A DNA stretch of 64,000 nucleotides from Glycera tridactyla (GCA_965644265.1 OZ286470.1:8990001-9054000); one strand, 5' to 3'; shown: positions 41,001-53,938, counted from the first letter of the stretch. The notes: generated by a model not told the origin, from the letters alone. A program made the numbers and translations.

Positions 41001-41529
41001 GTTTACGTTTTCATGACGCTACTTCGGCCTCGGGACTGCAGCCTCGGGATCGTCGCGCTAACTAGGATAACTTCACCATGGCAACGATTGTTTTAGTGCG
41101 CTCGGCGATGTTCGGCTCACGGACGGAAACACCCGAAGTGGGTGTGACAGATCACTTTTGGGGGTGAGAGATCACCGGTGTTCTCTCACCTCCCTATCTT
41201 TCCCTCAAAATGGCTGTGGTCGTGAGAGAATGGAGGTGGTGTCATCTTCTCTGTTAGTTTGTCTATAATCCAACTGTTAACTGTCATGTTACTAACCCTT
41301 GATACCTCCTAATTGAACACCCAGACCTGAGGCTTCTCCTTGTATCTAGTGATGTGCGTTCAGAGATGTCAACTGCTACGGTTTTGGAGTAGCAACGGCT
41401 CTTTTCAGGCCAAAATTCTTGCAATTTCCAAGTGATGCTACTCTGAAAAATCAGCATTTGTCTTATCATTCCATTTCAAATACTGGTGCTGCTACTCTTT
41501 GAAAGTGGCCTTGCTACTGTTTTTGTCCA

Positions 41530-41822
41530 TCCATGTGCTTTGCTTAAAAAAAAGCATTGCCATCAGGCTTGACTGTCAGCTTCCAGCCAGTTACATATTT
41601 GGATATGCCACAATATGGTGAGTAGGTAGAGGTGTGTCTGAACTGTAAGCTACTTCCACTTGACAACCTTTCAGGCTCATCATCATCTTGTTCAGGGTTC
41701 TTGTAAGTGATTCCTGCGGGGGCCAGAACAGCTAGCTTTCATTGACGAGGAACACACAGCATACAAAATTCTCTGGGTTGATACATGTCGTTGAACATCA
41801 ATCAAGCAATCAATCAATCAAT
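41530..41822 (+). mobile_element. Repeat family B copy with (CAAT)n tail
   Basis: ...GGGTTGATACATGTCGTTGAACATCAATCAAGCAATCAATCAATCAATC. Confidence 0.82.
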
Positions 41823-43207
41823 CCCTCGACACTGAGCTTAGGTGATAATGCTGATATACCATCGCAGTAGCCATTCACTGAAAAAAAAGTCGGGTGATTC
41901 CTAAAAGATTCAATTTGTGAGCAACATGAAAATCTACCATTGAAGAAAACCTGTTCTTCATTACTCTTTCAAGACTCTTTTCTGAGATGAAAATATGAGA
42001 AGGGAGGCATATTTAATCTTTATATAACAGAAATTGGTATTGCATTAGCCAGTGTTAAGCTGGCGGCCGTTGTCGGCTGGTACAGTTTCTTCTTGCTAGC
42101 GATACTATGATGACACGCCGAGATGAAATGAAGCATTGAGTTTCTCCTCTGAGGATGCTGCCAGACATTCGATATCTGGCTGGCACGGAAAATGCTGCCT
42201 GGACAGCTTAGTCTGGTGAGCACATCATAGAAAATAATCTCTGTTTTTTTTCTCGTGAATAACAGGAACATGACACAAGTTACAACAGAAATGTAGCACA
42301 ATTTGTGATAGAAATGTAACACAAGTATTGGGATGAAAAATGCGAGAATATCTTTGTCTTTTCATGTCACTGCTCAACCGAACGTAGACATGGTGAACAA
42401 TTATGGATATACAATTCCTATTCAGTGATGCTCAAGTATGAATTGCACCAAAATGGAAACCAATAATTTCAATGTCTGAAATGTACCCGCCACATTTGGA
42501 TTTGACAGAGTTTAGGTATGATTGTCCCTCAAAGTATGGCTTATAAGTGGCTGAAGACCAAACAAAAACACAGCGGAATCTGTAGATTGAAATTGCCATC
42601 TCAGATGTCTCTAGGTGACCTGGGATACTTTAACATGTATAAAAATAGATCATTGGTAATAGAATGGATCATGTGATGAGAGACTGCCCTGCATGTCACC
42701 GAATGCTGTGTGGCAAAAATGATGGTCTCTTCTTGAGTTTGATCAAAGGAAAGGGGCTTTGGGAAAGTAGTGTTGATGCAGTTGGTCTCCCATTAGGGTG
42801 ACCCTAGTAACATAATCTACATCACCGCGACAGGACTGAAAAAATGGTGAGTGCATCACAGTGGGATTGGGGTATCCCCAGTTGAAAAAAAAATACTTTA
42901 GGCGCAGATGACATAGCCAGACCATAGAACTGAAATTAATGGGACTTTAGCAGAAGTGGCAAAAATAAATGAGGTTGAACCAAGAGAAGACAGGGATTAT
43001 GTCCTCTCATGTAGCAGATGTAGGCGTGGGAAATCTGTTTCTTATATAATATGGGGGCTGTTAATGCTCATGTCTGAAAGTCGATACGCCAATTTGAAAG
43101 GGGAGTGGCGGCAAAATTGAAGCTATCACATCATGATTCTGGGTGAAACATGAGTGATTTGGATTAAACTGGGATAGCTATTTTAGTAAAATTTTCTACA
43201 GGAAATA

Positions 43208-43597
43208 CAGTCAAATCTCTCAATAAAGACCGACTTCGGTCATATCAAAAAGTGGCCTTTATATGGAGGTAGTCTTTCAGTGATGGCTCCGAGGTATGGA
43301 TAAAGTCAGACATTTGTCTCTTCACTATTCAAAATATGAGACAATTTACATAAATATGGAACAAATGTTATGAGTGCTTGCTCTGGGGTGGGACTGAAGC
43401 AAGTCATTTGTCTCACTACTTCTTAAAATGTGAGACATTACAATCAAATGTGAGACAAATGTCTCACAATCTCCCCTGATATCCAACACTGGTCTTTATA
43501 GAGAGGACTTTTTAATACTACCACGGTTGCAGCTCAGGGTGACCTTCATAGAGAGTTGGTCTTGATAGAGAGGTGGTCTTTAGAGAAGGTTCGACTG
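43208..43597. mobile_element. MITE family A copy interrupted by a family C MITE
   Basis: TA|CAGTCAAATCT...AGGTTCGACTG|TA; removing the insert and one TSD restores the family A sequence. Confidence 0.85.
43278..43491 (+). mobile_element. hAT-like MITE family C, copy 2
   Basis: CAGTGATGG...CCAACACTG with a perfect 6-bp TSD GTCTTT. Confidence 0.9.
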
Positions 43598-44087
43598 TAC
43601 GATTCTACCACCAATGCAGCAATAATTGAGGATATTCAGTGGTGATAATATATGGGGTTTAGGATTGTGAAGGGTTCCCCTGGTGCTGCCTATTGGGAAT
43701 GATGCGGCCCATATGTTGCATCATTACATCCACTCTCCCAGATTTACTGGCAAGCATTTCATTCATGATAAACACTTCAGAAATGTTTCTATCAATTTTT
43801 CATCATCTATACACCACCACAGATCATTTTGGGTTAAAAGCTCAAGCAGTTGACTTCTTCCAGATTCAAACTCCGAACCCCTTGCACTGGCAACATCTAC
43901 CAGATGCAAGAATTCCAATGTAATTGCCAGTGCTTGACCTCAATATGGATTGATCCTCCATGTATAGCTTGTATGAAAGGCAACTTTGATTGGCAGCAAT
44001 GATGTTTATATTCAGCACCTTGTTGCATTTGTTGAGTGAACATGGCAAATATCAGTGGGTTTCACAATTTCAATATTGAGCCTTATA

Positions 44088-44264
44088 TAGTAAACCTGTC
44101 TTGGGAGACCACCCCAACTGCCAACAAAAAGTGGTCTCTCAAGACAGGTGGTCTCTCATTGGAGGTATATTTGACTATGTCAAATAGCGAAGAGCCAATG
44201 AAGAGCGGTCTCCCATCAGAGGGTGGTCTTCCAAAAGAGAGGTCTCCCAAGACAGGTTTCACTG
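44088..44264. mobile_element. MITE family A copy
   Basis: TA|TAGTAAACCTG...CAGGTTTCACTG|TA. Confidence 0.85.
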
Positions 44265-45331
44265 TATCAGCATACATAGAAGATTAATTTGTGGCCAGTG
44301 TATGATGTTAGTTAACGAGGAATCAAAGCTTTAGTCATCCGTTTGAGGAATGTATCGATATGTTCATCAAAATGATGATCTGATAAGATCTAACTCCAGT
44401 CATAAATTCACCTTGTGTGTCATATCTTAACGACATAATTCAAGTGAGGGATGATCATTTCTGAGTCAGATTTCGAGGAAGAATACCACACCAGCATCTG
44501 CTAATACTGTGCGCAGCTTGGTGTAATTCTATTGTGGGGGAAGTGAGTGCATTGTACTTGCATTAAGCTATCATGATGGAGAAGCCTTCAAAGTACATCC
44601 GTCCCCATTCGTCAGCTCCAGGCTAATGCCCGGCTGCCGCTTGTCTACCGCATGACCTCTGTCACGGCGGGATCACTGTCACATGACATCGCAAGCTCCC
44701 CCTGTACGCCTGGAGGGTGTGTCAGCCCTGGCCCTGGTTGAGAGAGGGTTGATTATCTCGACATGCTGATTGATCATGAGTGTTCTGAAAGAAATGCTGA
44801 TGGGTTAAGTTGAGTTAACTCATGCTGATTCCTGACTAAACTGAATTGTTGGACACCAATGAGCAGGAATCGCACCTGTATGGGTGTCTATATCCATGTA
44901 TTTGCCACACCCACATAGGGTATATTTCAATTTGGAGATATTCAAAAGATTGTTGCCTCAGAAAATTTCAGTAAAAAGGTGACTGATGTGGAAAGACCAC
45001 ATCCTGAGGTGAGGCCTGATTATTTCGTATTCTCAAATATAGCACCAATCAGAGACCACCTGTCTTGAGAGACCACTTGGTATCTGGGCCAATCACCCAA
45101 GACAGGTTTGACTGTATATCAATAGGCTGGGATCAAATGAGGTATATATTTGTAGACAACAATTGGTATTGGTGTCCATGCATGTGGAAGAACCACTGCT
45201 GTCTATCACAAAGAGTAGAGCATGGCCCCAACAGCAGTGCTGCCTTCCTTCAACATTCTCTGTCAGATGACCTTGAAACTTTGAAAGGGGTTAAAGTCAA
45301 AGCAACAGAGAGAGTAACAAACATGAGTCTC

Positions 45332-45553
45332 CAGGGCTCTACGTTAACTTTTTTCTTCAGTTGTCCTTTGGTCAGGTGTATTGGGATTTTTACCTGCCCT
45401 CACTGCCGTTTTCACCTGCCCTCCTGCATATAATCATAGGCCAAATAAGGCTCAGGTACCTGCCAATTGGGCAGTTGTACTGATGAAATCACCTGCCCCG
45501 ACAACAAATTTGCCTGCCTGCGCCAGTAGGGCAACCCTTAGAGTAGAGCCCTG
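45332..45553. mobile_element. hAT-like MITE family D (ACCTGCCC sub-repeats)
   Basis: 11-bp TIR CAGGGCTCTAC/GTAGAGCCCTG; flanks GTCTC/GTCTT. Other copies at 48625-48846, 52066-52267, 61865-62086 and a degenerate one at ~47880-48066. Confidence 0.88.
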
Positions 45554-47029
45554 GTCTTACATTGTGAGGAAGTGAAGTAGGCTCGGTTACCAAATACCAT
45601 TCACATTCATTGTTTTTCATTATTCATTTTTCATCCTTCATTGCAGTATCATTCACCGTATTATACTAACTTGTGAACACTCTTTCCATAATGCTATTCC
45701 ATGGAAGATATCATCAACTACCATATTCTCAAGTTCATTCATCTCATCTTATGAAGTTTTTGTTGTGAGTTCATTTGTTTTTCGTCTTCCTGGAGAACCC
45801 CCCAAGATAGGGGTAATTGTATTTCTATGCATCAGAATTTTTTTTCCCTCAATTAATAATTACATTCCTGTAGGAGGTACAAGAACCTTTTCATCCATAC
45901 AGGAGTACAAACACACATAACAGCAGGACAAGCAGGCAGATGAGAGGACACTGAAATAAATCTGATGAAATATACTATACCATACATTACATGAACTATA
46001 AATCCACCATTTGCCAGGTTTCAGTTTCCTGTAAGAAGTTACCTTGTTATTTACCAGACAAAGTAATCAATCATGGAGTCACTTTTTGGGGGGAAGGGGG
46101 GGGGGGTCTAGCTAAGTATCATGGAAAACAATATAGTTGAGAGGGTGGACAAACTCCCAAATTCTTGTGATGCAGACGTGAGGTCTGGGAAGTAATCAGG
46201 CCAGAATGAGAATGTAGATGATGCAAATGTGCAGGTTAGGCCTCAAGTAGATGTCGGGCGGGTAATCACCCGCTCATATTGGCACTTAATGAAGTTACTG
46301 CTTCGTAGGAGGTCGCCCATGTCGTACAGCACACAATCACCCATCGCCATCATCGTCAACGATGCAGCACCCGATGAAAGACGCGATTATCGGGTGGAAT
46401 GACCCCAATGACGCAGGTGGATAATGAGGTCGCGCGGCTTATTAACATAGAGCGTGTTGATTCTACCATCCAGTCTGGGAGCGCTCGTATCATATCGACA
46501 CTCCTGACTGGAGCACGGCGCACCTTTTATCAGTCGTCCCGAGATGATTTGCTTGCAGATTGATTCAATCAGTCAATTTGGTGTCCAATTTCACTAATCG
46601 ATGTAACATCAGTGGAATTGATATCGCGTTGCGTTTTGGCAAGATTGGATTTATTAAATGTGATTCGACTGGTACCTGGAATGTCCTTTCATATTCTGGG
46701 CCAACATATTTGGTTATTTTGCACCAAGCACCATAGAAATTGTGGCATGCCGTCCTAAGCCTCAAGGTGTCTCTGTGACCATAGCTTAGCTGTGTGCAGC
46801 CTAGTCTGTTTCTCTTCTTTGTGTAGCTAAATGCAATTGAAATAGATTAATTGGAATGTTCTCCAAACAATCAATCATGGGGTTGTTGTCAATCCCTGGC
46901 AGTTTTTCCATCGGTAATGACACTGAGATTGGGATAGTCAGGATTGGAAAGTTGTGTTTTGAGGATACCATCCTACACTGATGCGATATGAATCCACTGA
47001 TAGTTCAGACAAGTAGTTGTCCACAAAAG

Positions 47030-47835
47030 TCAATTCCAATGCCATGGACACAGAGTAATTACAATGGCAAGGACACAGTAAGTAATTCCAATGGCATGGA
47101 CACAGAGCGTAATTACAATGGCAAGGACACAGAAAGTAATTACAATGGCATGGACACAGAAAGTAATTCCAATGCCATGGACACAGAAAGTAATTCCAAT
47201 GCCATGGACACAGAAAGTAATTCCAATGCCATGGACACAGAAAGTGATTCCAGTGCCATGGACACAGAAAGTAATTACAATGGCATGAACATAGAAAGTA
47301 ATTACAATGGCATGAACATAGAAAGTAATTCCAATGCCATGGACACAGAAAGTAATTCCAATGCCATGGACACAGAAAGTAATTCCAATGCCATGGACAC
47401 AGAAAGTAATTCCAATGCCATGGACACAGAAAGTAATTCCAATGCCATGGACACAGAAAGTAATTCCAATGCCATAGACACAGAAAGTAATTTCAATGCC
47501 ATGGACACAGAAAGTAATTCCAATGCTATGGACACAGAAAGTCATTCGAATGCCATGGACACAGAAAGTCATTCCAATGCCATGGACACAGAAAGTAATT
47601 ACAATGGCATGGTCATAGAAAGTAATTCCAATGCCATGGACACAGAGAGTAATTGCAATGCCATGGACACAGAAAGTAATTCCAATGCCATGGACACAGA
47701 AAGTGATTACAATGCCATGGACACAGAAAGTAATTACAATGCCATGGACACAGAAAGTAAATGCAATGCCATGGACACAGAAAGTAATTACAATGCCATG
47801 AACACAGAAAGTAATTGCAAAGCCATGGACACAAG
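47030..47835. repeat. 27-bp minisatellite, ~29 copies (open frame AMDTESNSN on +)
   Basis: Unit GCCATGGACACAGAAAGTAATTCCAAT; accounts for ORF 46988-47845 and the overlapping minus-strand ORFs. Confidence 0.95.
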
Positions 47836-48624
47836 CGAGCTGTAGGGAGAGAGACCTTTGTGCTTTTGAGCAGTAGTGTCAGGGCTCCATGCCAAGGGCT
47901 GCTCTACTGACTGACTAGGTATTGAGAGTAGGTGATTCTCTCAGTCAGCCTGGCTGAGCTACATGACTATTTTTCAGTTCATGATTATATGCATGAGGCC
48001 AAGTGAAAATCCCACTTCATCTGCTTAAAGGAAAGCTGGAGAAAAAATGTTAATACAGGACCCTGAGTAACAGCTATAATGCAATGATCAGAATGGTAGA
48101 TCTTCAATAATACACCATTTGAATATGTAAAGAACATTTTCTGAAAGGACCTGATACCTTGTGGATTGGAACCTGGAATTCCAGCATGCGCCCCCCCCCC
48201 CCCAAGCAGTCTCATCCACAGAGCTACCCAGACTGCCACAAAAAAGATGTGGTGATATGCCCTATGTGCTTTCAACAATATAGTCAATACTACCAGACAG
48301 TGGAAATGGCCCTAGTCTCTTGCTCAAAGTGTATTATGGTGGAACCTCTTTTGAGAGTGCCCTCTTTTGAGACTCCCTTCTTTTGAGTGAATGCTTTTAA
48401 TCGGTACAATTCTCTTTCAAATATACAGTAAAACCTGCTATAGTGTAATCCTGTCCACAGTGAAATCCTGTCTACAGTGAAAAGAAAAATCTGGCCCGTG
48501 ACTTTTCACTATAGACAGGTTTTACTGTATCTCCAATGAGAGACCACCTCTTGTTCTTGGCATTTTGGGCCGGTCTCCCAAAAGAGGTTTTACTGTATCA
48601 TATAATATATTATAAATCTCATGA

Positions 48625-48846
48625 CAGGACTCAACGCTGAGGGTTACTCTACTGGCACAGGCAGGTAGATTTGTTGATAGGGCAGGTGATTTTATGAGTC
48701 TGCCATCCAGATGGGCAGGTACCTAACCATTATTTAGCCTATGATTACATGCAGAAGGGCAGGTAGAACTGATAGTGAGGGCAGGTGAAAATCCCACTCC
48801 ACCTGCCCAGAGAACAGCTGAAGAAAGAAGTTAATGTAAAGCCCTG
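48625..48846. mobile_element. MITE family D, opposite orientation to 45332
   Basis: CAGGACTCAACG...GTAAAGCCCTG; flanks CATGA/CATAA; GGGCAGGT repeats. Confidence 0.8.
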
Positions 48847-50309
48847 CATAATTATTTGGGACATCCGGAGTTACAGGAAAGAATATATACATGTACATTA
48901 AAAATAGGAGAGAATAAACATGAACGTGAGGTGAGAATGATCATGGATTGTAGGTAACATATGACATCAGTACTGTAACTGCGGGCCATGTGCTAGATGG
49001 GCTAAAATATCCTATCATCTTGATTGAAATTCTCATTTTTTGTCCCTGACCAGTCTGGTCATGCTCCCACATTAACTGCCTTCCAATTTAGCCGATGCTA
49101 AGATGGGAGGGATAATTATGAGATTTCTGCAGAAATAGTGAGTCAACAGTTTCAAACAGCTTCACATGTACCATATTCTCCCTAATTAGTGCCCCCAGGT
49201 ACTTGCTGATTCGAAGGAAGGGGCGGTTATTTGTTCGAGATGTTAAAAAACGATCAGCGTTTACATACAATAATTTGGATGGGGTGCACACATTGCATGT
49301 AAATGCTCAACTGTACTATGATTTCTCAAGCCTGATACGATGGCGGGATGATTCGGATCAGATTGTACAGAAAAATGTATTTTACAAGCAATATCTCTAT
49401 CATCATAGGTTAACATGGTGCACATTTGACAAATGGTATCATCTCATTTTTACCTCGCCTCAACGAAGTTGAAGAGAGGTATTGTCCTCACATCAGCGTC
49501 AGCGTCGGCGTCGGCGTCGGCGTCTGCGTCGGCATCGGCGTCGGCGTCCGCACTCTTACAATGTTTTACGTCAAAGTTTTACGTCAAAGTTTTTTTTCTG
49601 CGAGATTTCATGTCAAAGTTTTTCTTTAACCCTTCTACCATCATCAGATCTTGTGCACATGGGCTATAATACATCAGGAATGATATTAAGAGAGCACTAC
49701 GTCAAAGTTTTACGTCAAAGTTTTTCATTGGAGTCTGTAGCTCAGTAACTATGGCCCCTACCACCACCAGATTTCATACACACATACTCCTGATTATTGG
49801 GAGAGGTGTCCATCCATCCATTCAGCATTATCCCAGTTTTGTATCTTATTTTTGGGTGAAAAATGCATATTTTTGAGGATATGGACTTCACGTCAAAGTT
49901 TTGGTTGGAATCAGGTGACTCCACAACCATGGCCCCTACCATCACCAGTTTTCATGCACACATGCTCCATTGTGTTACAGGAGATGGTTACCCTTCACAC
50001 CAGCAGTATCTCACTTCAGGGTAGTGATTTTGGGGTGAAATTGCCCATTTGTGGGAAATTGGACTTTATGTCTTAGTTTTTGTTCAGGTCAGGTCACTCT
50101 TCAACCATGGCCCCTACCTCCACCAGATTTGATGTAGACATGCTCCAATGTATTTGTGGGGGGGGGGGGGGGGGGGAGGGGAGGCATCCAACCATCACCA
50201 TAGCCGTATGCATGCCAGTCGTGTGATGTATCATAGATTTGGGATAAAACCTCACTTTTTTTAGATGACTGGACTCTTGACGATTTCAGTGAGTACCAGG
50301 ACACACCAA

Positions 50310-51985
50310 ACTCAAAAGGCCTGGTTGGTTTTGGGGTGAAAATTGGTTTTTCAGAAATTGATTTTTCTAAAGATGGTGGCTGTTCATAGCCATTCCAAAC
50401 TTGGTGTGGATGCAATTCATAGCATTCCCTAATGAATGTCAGCCATAGAGGGGGTCTCCCAAAAGGCCTGGTTGGTTTTGGGGTGAAAATTGGTTTTTCA
50501 GAAATGGACTTTTCTGAAGATGATGGCTGTTCACAGCCACACCAAACTTGGCGTGGATTTAATTCATAGCATTCCCTAATGAATGCCAGCCATAGATGGG
50601 GTCGCCCAAAAGGCCTGGTTGGTTTTGGGGTGAAAATTGGTTTTCCAGAAATGGATTTTTCTAAAGATGGTGGCTGTTCATAGCCACACCAAACTTGGCG
50701 TGGATGCAATTCATAGCATTCCCTAATGAATGCCAGCCATAGAGGGGGTCTCCCAAAAGGTCTCTTTTTTTGGGGGGGAATTGGTTTTTCAGAAATGGAT
50801 TTTTCTAAAGATGGTGGCTGTTCGTAGCCACTCCAAACTTGGCTTGGATGCAATTCATAGCATTCTCTGATGAATGCCAGCCATAGAGCGGGTCTCCCAA
50901 AAGGCCTGGTTGGTTTTGGGGTGAAAATTGGTTTTTCATAAATGGATTTTTCTAAAGATGGTGGCTGTTCACAGCCACACCAAACTTGGCGTGGATTTAA
51001 TCCATAGCATTCCCTAATGAATGCCAGCCATAGATGGGGTCACCCAAAAGACCTGGTTGGTTTTGGGGTGAAAATTGGTTTTTCTGAAATCAATTTTTCT
51101 AAAGATGGTGGCTGTTCACAGCCACACCAAACTTGGCGTGGATTTAATTCATAGCATTCCCTAATGAATGCCAGCCATAGATGGGGTCGCCCAAAAGGCC
51201 TGGTTGGTTTTGGGGTGAAAATTGGTTTTTCTGAAATCAATTTTTCTAAAGATGGTGGCTGTTCATAGCCACACCAAACTTGGCGTGGATGCAATTCATA
51301 GCATTCCCTAATGGATGTCAGCCATAGATGGGGTCGCCCAAAAGGTCTGGTTGGTTTTGGGGTGAAAATTGGTTTTTCTGAAATCAATTTTTCTAAAGAT
51401 GGTGGCTGTTCACAGCCACACCAAACTTGGCGTGGATTTAATTCATAGCATTCCCTAATGAATGCCAGCCATAGATGGGGTCGCCCAAAAGGCCTGGTTG
51501 GTTTTGGGGTGAAAATTGGTTTTTCTGAAATCAATTTTTCTAAAGATGGTGGCTGTTCATAGCCACACCAAACTTGGCGTGGATGCAATTCATAGCATTC
51601 CCTAATGGATGTCAGCCATAGATGGGGTCGCCCAAAAGGTCTGGTTGGTTTTGGGGTGAAAATTGGTTTTTCAGAAATCAATTTTTCTAAAGATGGTGGC
51701 TGTTCATAGCCATTCCAAACTTGGCTTGGATGCAATTCATAGCATTTCCTGATGAATGCCAGCCATAGATCGGGTCTCCCAACAGGCCTGGTTGGTTTTG
51801 GGGTGAAAATTGGTTTTCCAGAAATGGATTTTTCTAAAGATGGTGGCTGTTCATAGCCACACCAAACTTGGCGTGGATGCAATTCATAGCATTCCCTAAT
51901 GAATGCCAGCCATAGAGGGGGTCTCCCAAAAGGCCTCTTTTTTTTGGGGGGGGGGGGGGAATTGGTTTTTCAGAAATGGATTTTC
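50310..51985. repeat. 147-bp tandem array (~11 copies) inside the HINE
   Basis: TAGATGGGGTC at 51031 and 51178 give a period of 147; produces the 49-aa pseudo-repeat ORFs 50101-50853 and 51040-51882. Confidence 0.95.
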
Positions 51986-52065
51986 ATGATGATGGACACT
52001 GTTCCTAGCCAAAGCATCCCTCATTGATTCTCAGCCATGTATGGGATTGCCCATTAGCCCTAATG

Positions 52066-52267
52066 CAGGGCTTTCCGTTAACTTTTTTCTTCGGCTGTCA
52101 CTCGAGCAGATGAAGTAGGATTTTTACCTGCCCTCCCTGTCATTTTCACCTGCCCTCCTGCATATAATCGTAGCCCAAATAAAGGTTGCGTACCTGTCCA
52201 TTGGGCAGGCAGATTGATGAAATCACCTGTCTGCCTGTGCCAGTAAGGCAACCACTGTAGAGCCCTG
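52066..52267. mobile_element. MITE family D nested in the HINE
   Basis: CAGGGCTTTCCG...GTAGAGCCCTG; flanks TAATG/TACTG. Confidence 0.85.
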
Positions 52268-52629
52268 TACTGTTATTTTAGAGAAATTTACTTTTTCAAA
52301 AAGATTTTTTGAGGAAAAGTACTTTTCCAAGCATACTTATGTATTGGGTCTTCCTATGCGATCAGGGACTGTATGCACCCATCAAAGAAGCAGCACTGTT
52401 TTGTTTTGTAAACCTCAGATATAAATGCCTTTCTTGAAGCGGCGTGTTGTGTGGCTTCGCCAAGGCGAGGTCTGCCTTCAGTGAAGGCTATGTTTGATGC
52501 TGTTGATATGTAAAAAAACTTTCTAATCTCATCTTTGAGTCAACGCTACCATACATGCTACGATCAAATTTCTTGATTTTTCATTGAGCTCCTTTGAATG
52601 ATCAGTGAACAAATATCAAGAAATATATA

Positions 52630-52890
52630 ACCAAAATATCTCTACTCTCTTATAGGCATAGCATAGCAATGAGTAGGCCCCTTGTGTGTGTATTTGTTGC
52701 TGACCAAGTACAGTCAAACCTGTCTATAAAGACCGCCTTCAGTCGCATCAAAAAGTGGTCTCTATAGGCAGGTGGTCTTTATAGAGAGGTAATTTACTGT
52801 TGAAAATACTACAATGGTCGCAGCTCAGGGTGGTCTTTATAGAGAGGTGGTCTCTATAGAGAGGTGGTCTTTAGAGCAGGTTCGACTGTA
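52630..52890 (+). repeat. Left arm of a 261-bp inverted duplication (79 bp unique flank plus family A MITE 52711-52888)
   Basis: Reverse complement of 55100-55360 with one mismatch (GAGTAGGCCC vs GAGTGGGCCC). Confidence 0.97.
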
Positions 52891-53402
52891 TTTTCAACAG
52901 TAAATGACCTCTATAAAGACCACCTGCCCATAAAGACCGCGTTTTGATGCGACCGAAGGCGGTCTTTATAGACAGGTTTGACTGTACCTTGCTTATGCCT
53001 ATCTGATCCACTCGGTGAAGTTCGCCTACTCCATCTGCTATACCATGAATAACAATACCATAATACAGTGAAACCTGTGATAAATGTCACCTAAATGTCA
53101 CCAGGAAGCAGGTCCTGAAGAAGGGAGTTCCCACATTAGATGTATACAGTCTGACTCTATAAAGAGCACCTGAGCTGCGACCGTGGTAGTATTTTCAACA
53201 GTAAATGACCTCTCTATGAAGACCACCTGCCTATAAAAACCGCTTTTTGATGCGACTGAAGGCGGTCTTTATAGACATGTTTGACTGTATTTGACTCTGT
53301 CAAATAGAACAACTAATGCCGAGGTGGTCTCTCATCAGGGGTCTCATTGCAGGTTCAATGCTCCATCTCTCATTATGGTATCTGACAATATCATGGGAAT
53401 GT

Positions 53403-53575
53403 TTTTGTTTGTTTGAGGTCTAACGGTATGTATCAACCCTAGGGTCATGTATGCCATGTGTTAATGGTTAATGAATGCTGCATATTCTCTCACCTGCAAA
53501 CCTCACTCCCACAAACCATGAACACAAGATGATGGCGATCCTGAAAAGTTATCACGATGAAGTAGTTGACAGTTG
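53403..53575 (-). mobile_element. Repeat family B copy in minus orientation, inside the inferred inversion
   Basis: Reverse complement of the family B 3' half, with the (TTTG)n tail on the left. Confidence 0.8.
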
Positions 53576-53924
53576 CATTATCATAGGAATCATATTGTGG
53601 GGTGTTACATAATCATTTTGGAATTGAGACAAATCATTTGGGGTTGATTACGAGACAGGAGATTTGAGAGCGACCAATCTGGATGATGTCCATACATAAA
53701 AGTGAAAGATTAGTTCATGGATTGTGATGTAATTGATGCAAAACTCATCACAACGAGATGGGGAACATTTCACATTGAAGTCATTAATTAGCTATTGAGT
53801 TGCACACTTCACAGACATTCTTGCACATCAAAAACTCATACACCATCAGACACTCACACCTTTTTAAATGTTCTCAGATAGCCTACATAGACCCAACTTT
53901 AGAAAAATGCTGTCGATTACTATG

Positions 53925-53938
53925 GTAACCATGGCAAC
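53925..53938. promoter_or_regulatory. RFX X-box-like motif
   Basis: GTAACCATGGCAAC, overlapping a second imperfect box ATTACTATGGTAAC. Confidence 0.45.

Larger units (their letters stand above)
49447..52495 (+). mobile_element. Helentron-associated interspersed element (HINE/DINE-1-like), ~3.05 kb
   Basis: 5' T-run, subTIR ACCTCGCCTC (49452-61) within a stem-loop, (GGCGTC)n microsatellite (~49492-49550), internal tandem array, 3' subTIR AAGGCGAGGT (52462-71), hairpin GCCTTCA-G-TGAAGGC (52474-88), ending in TATGTTT. Confidence 0.85.

Noticed and set aside
15700-41822. Family B copies as a mutually exclusive exon cassette or selenoprotein exons
   Set aside because: No conserved splice sites at the ends, frameshifts in every copy, microsatellite-like 3' tails and variable 5' truncation all indicate a retroposed repeat.
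47030-47835. Possible CRISPR array, or the similar regular arrays at 19.5 and 62.2 kb
   Set aside because: Head-to-tail units with no unique spacers, no cas genes, eukaryotic context.
50101-51882. 49-aa repeat 'proteins' on the minus strand
   Set aside because: Translation of the 147-bp tandem unit inside a non-coding HINE; broken by frameshifts at G-runs and no domain similarity.
52051-52065. Hairpin CATTAG-CC-CTAATG as the HINE 3' end
   Set aside because: The true 3' subTIR and hairpin lie at 52462-52488, beyond the nested family D MITE.
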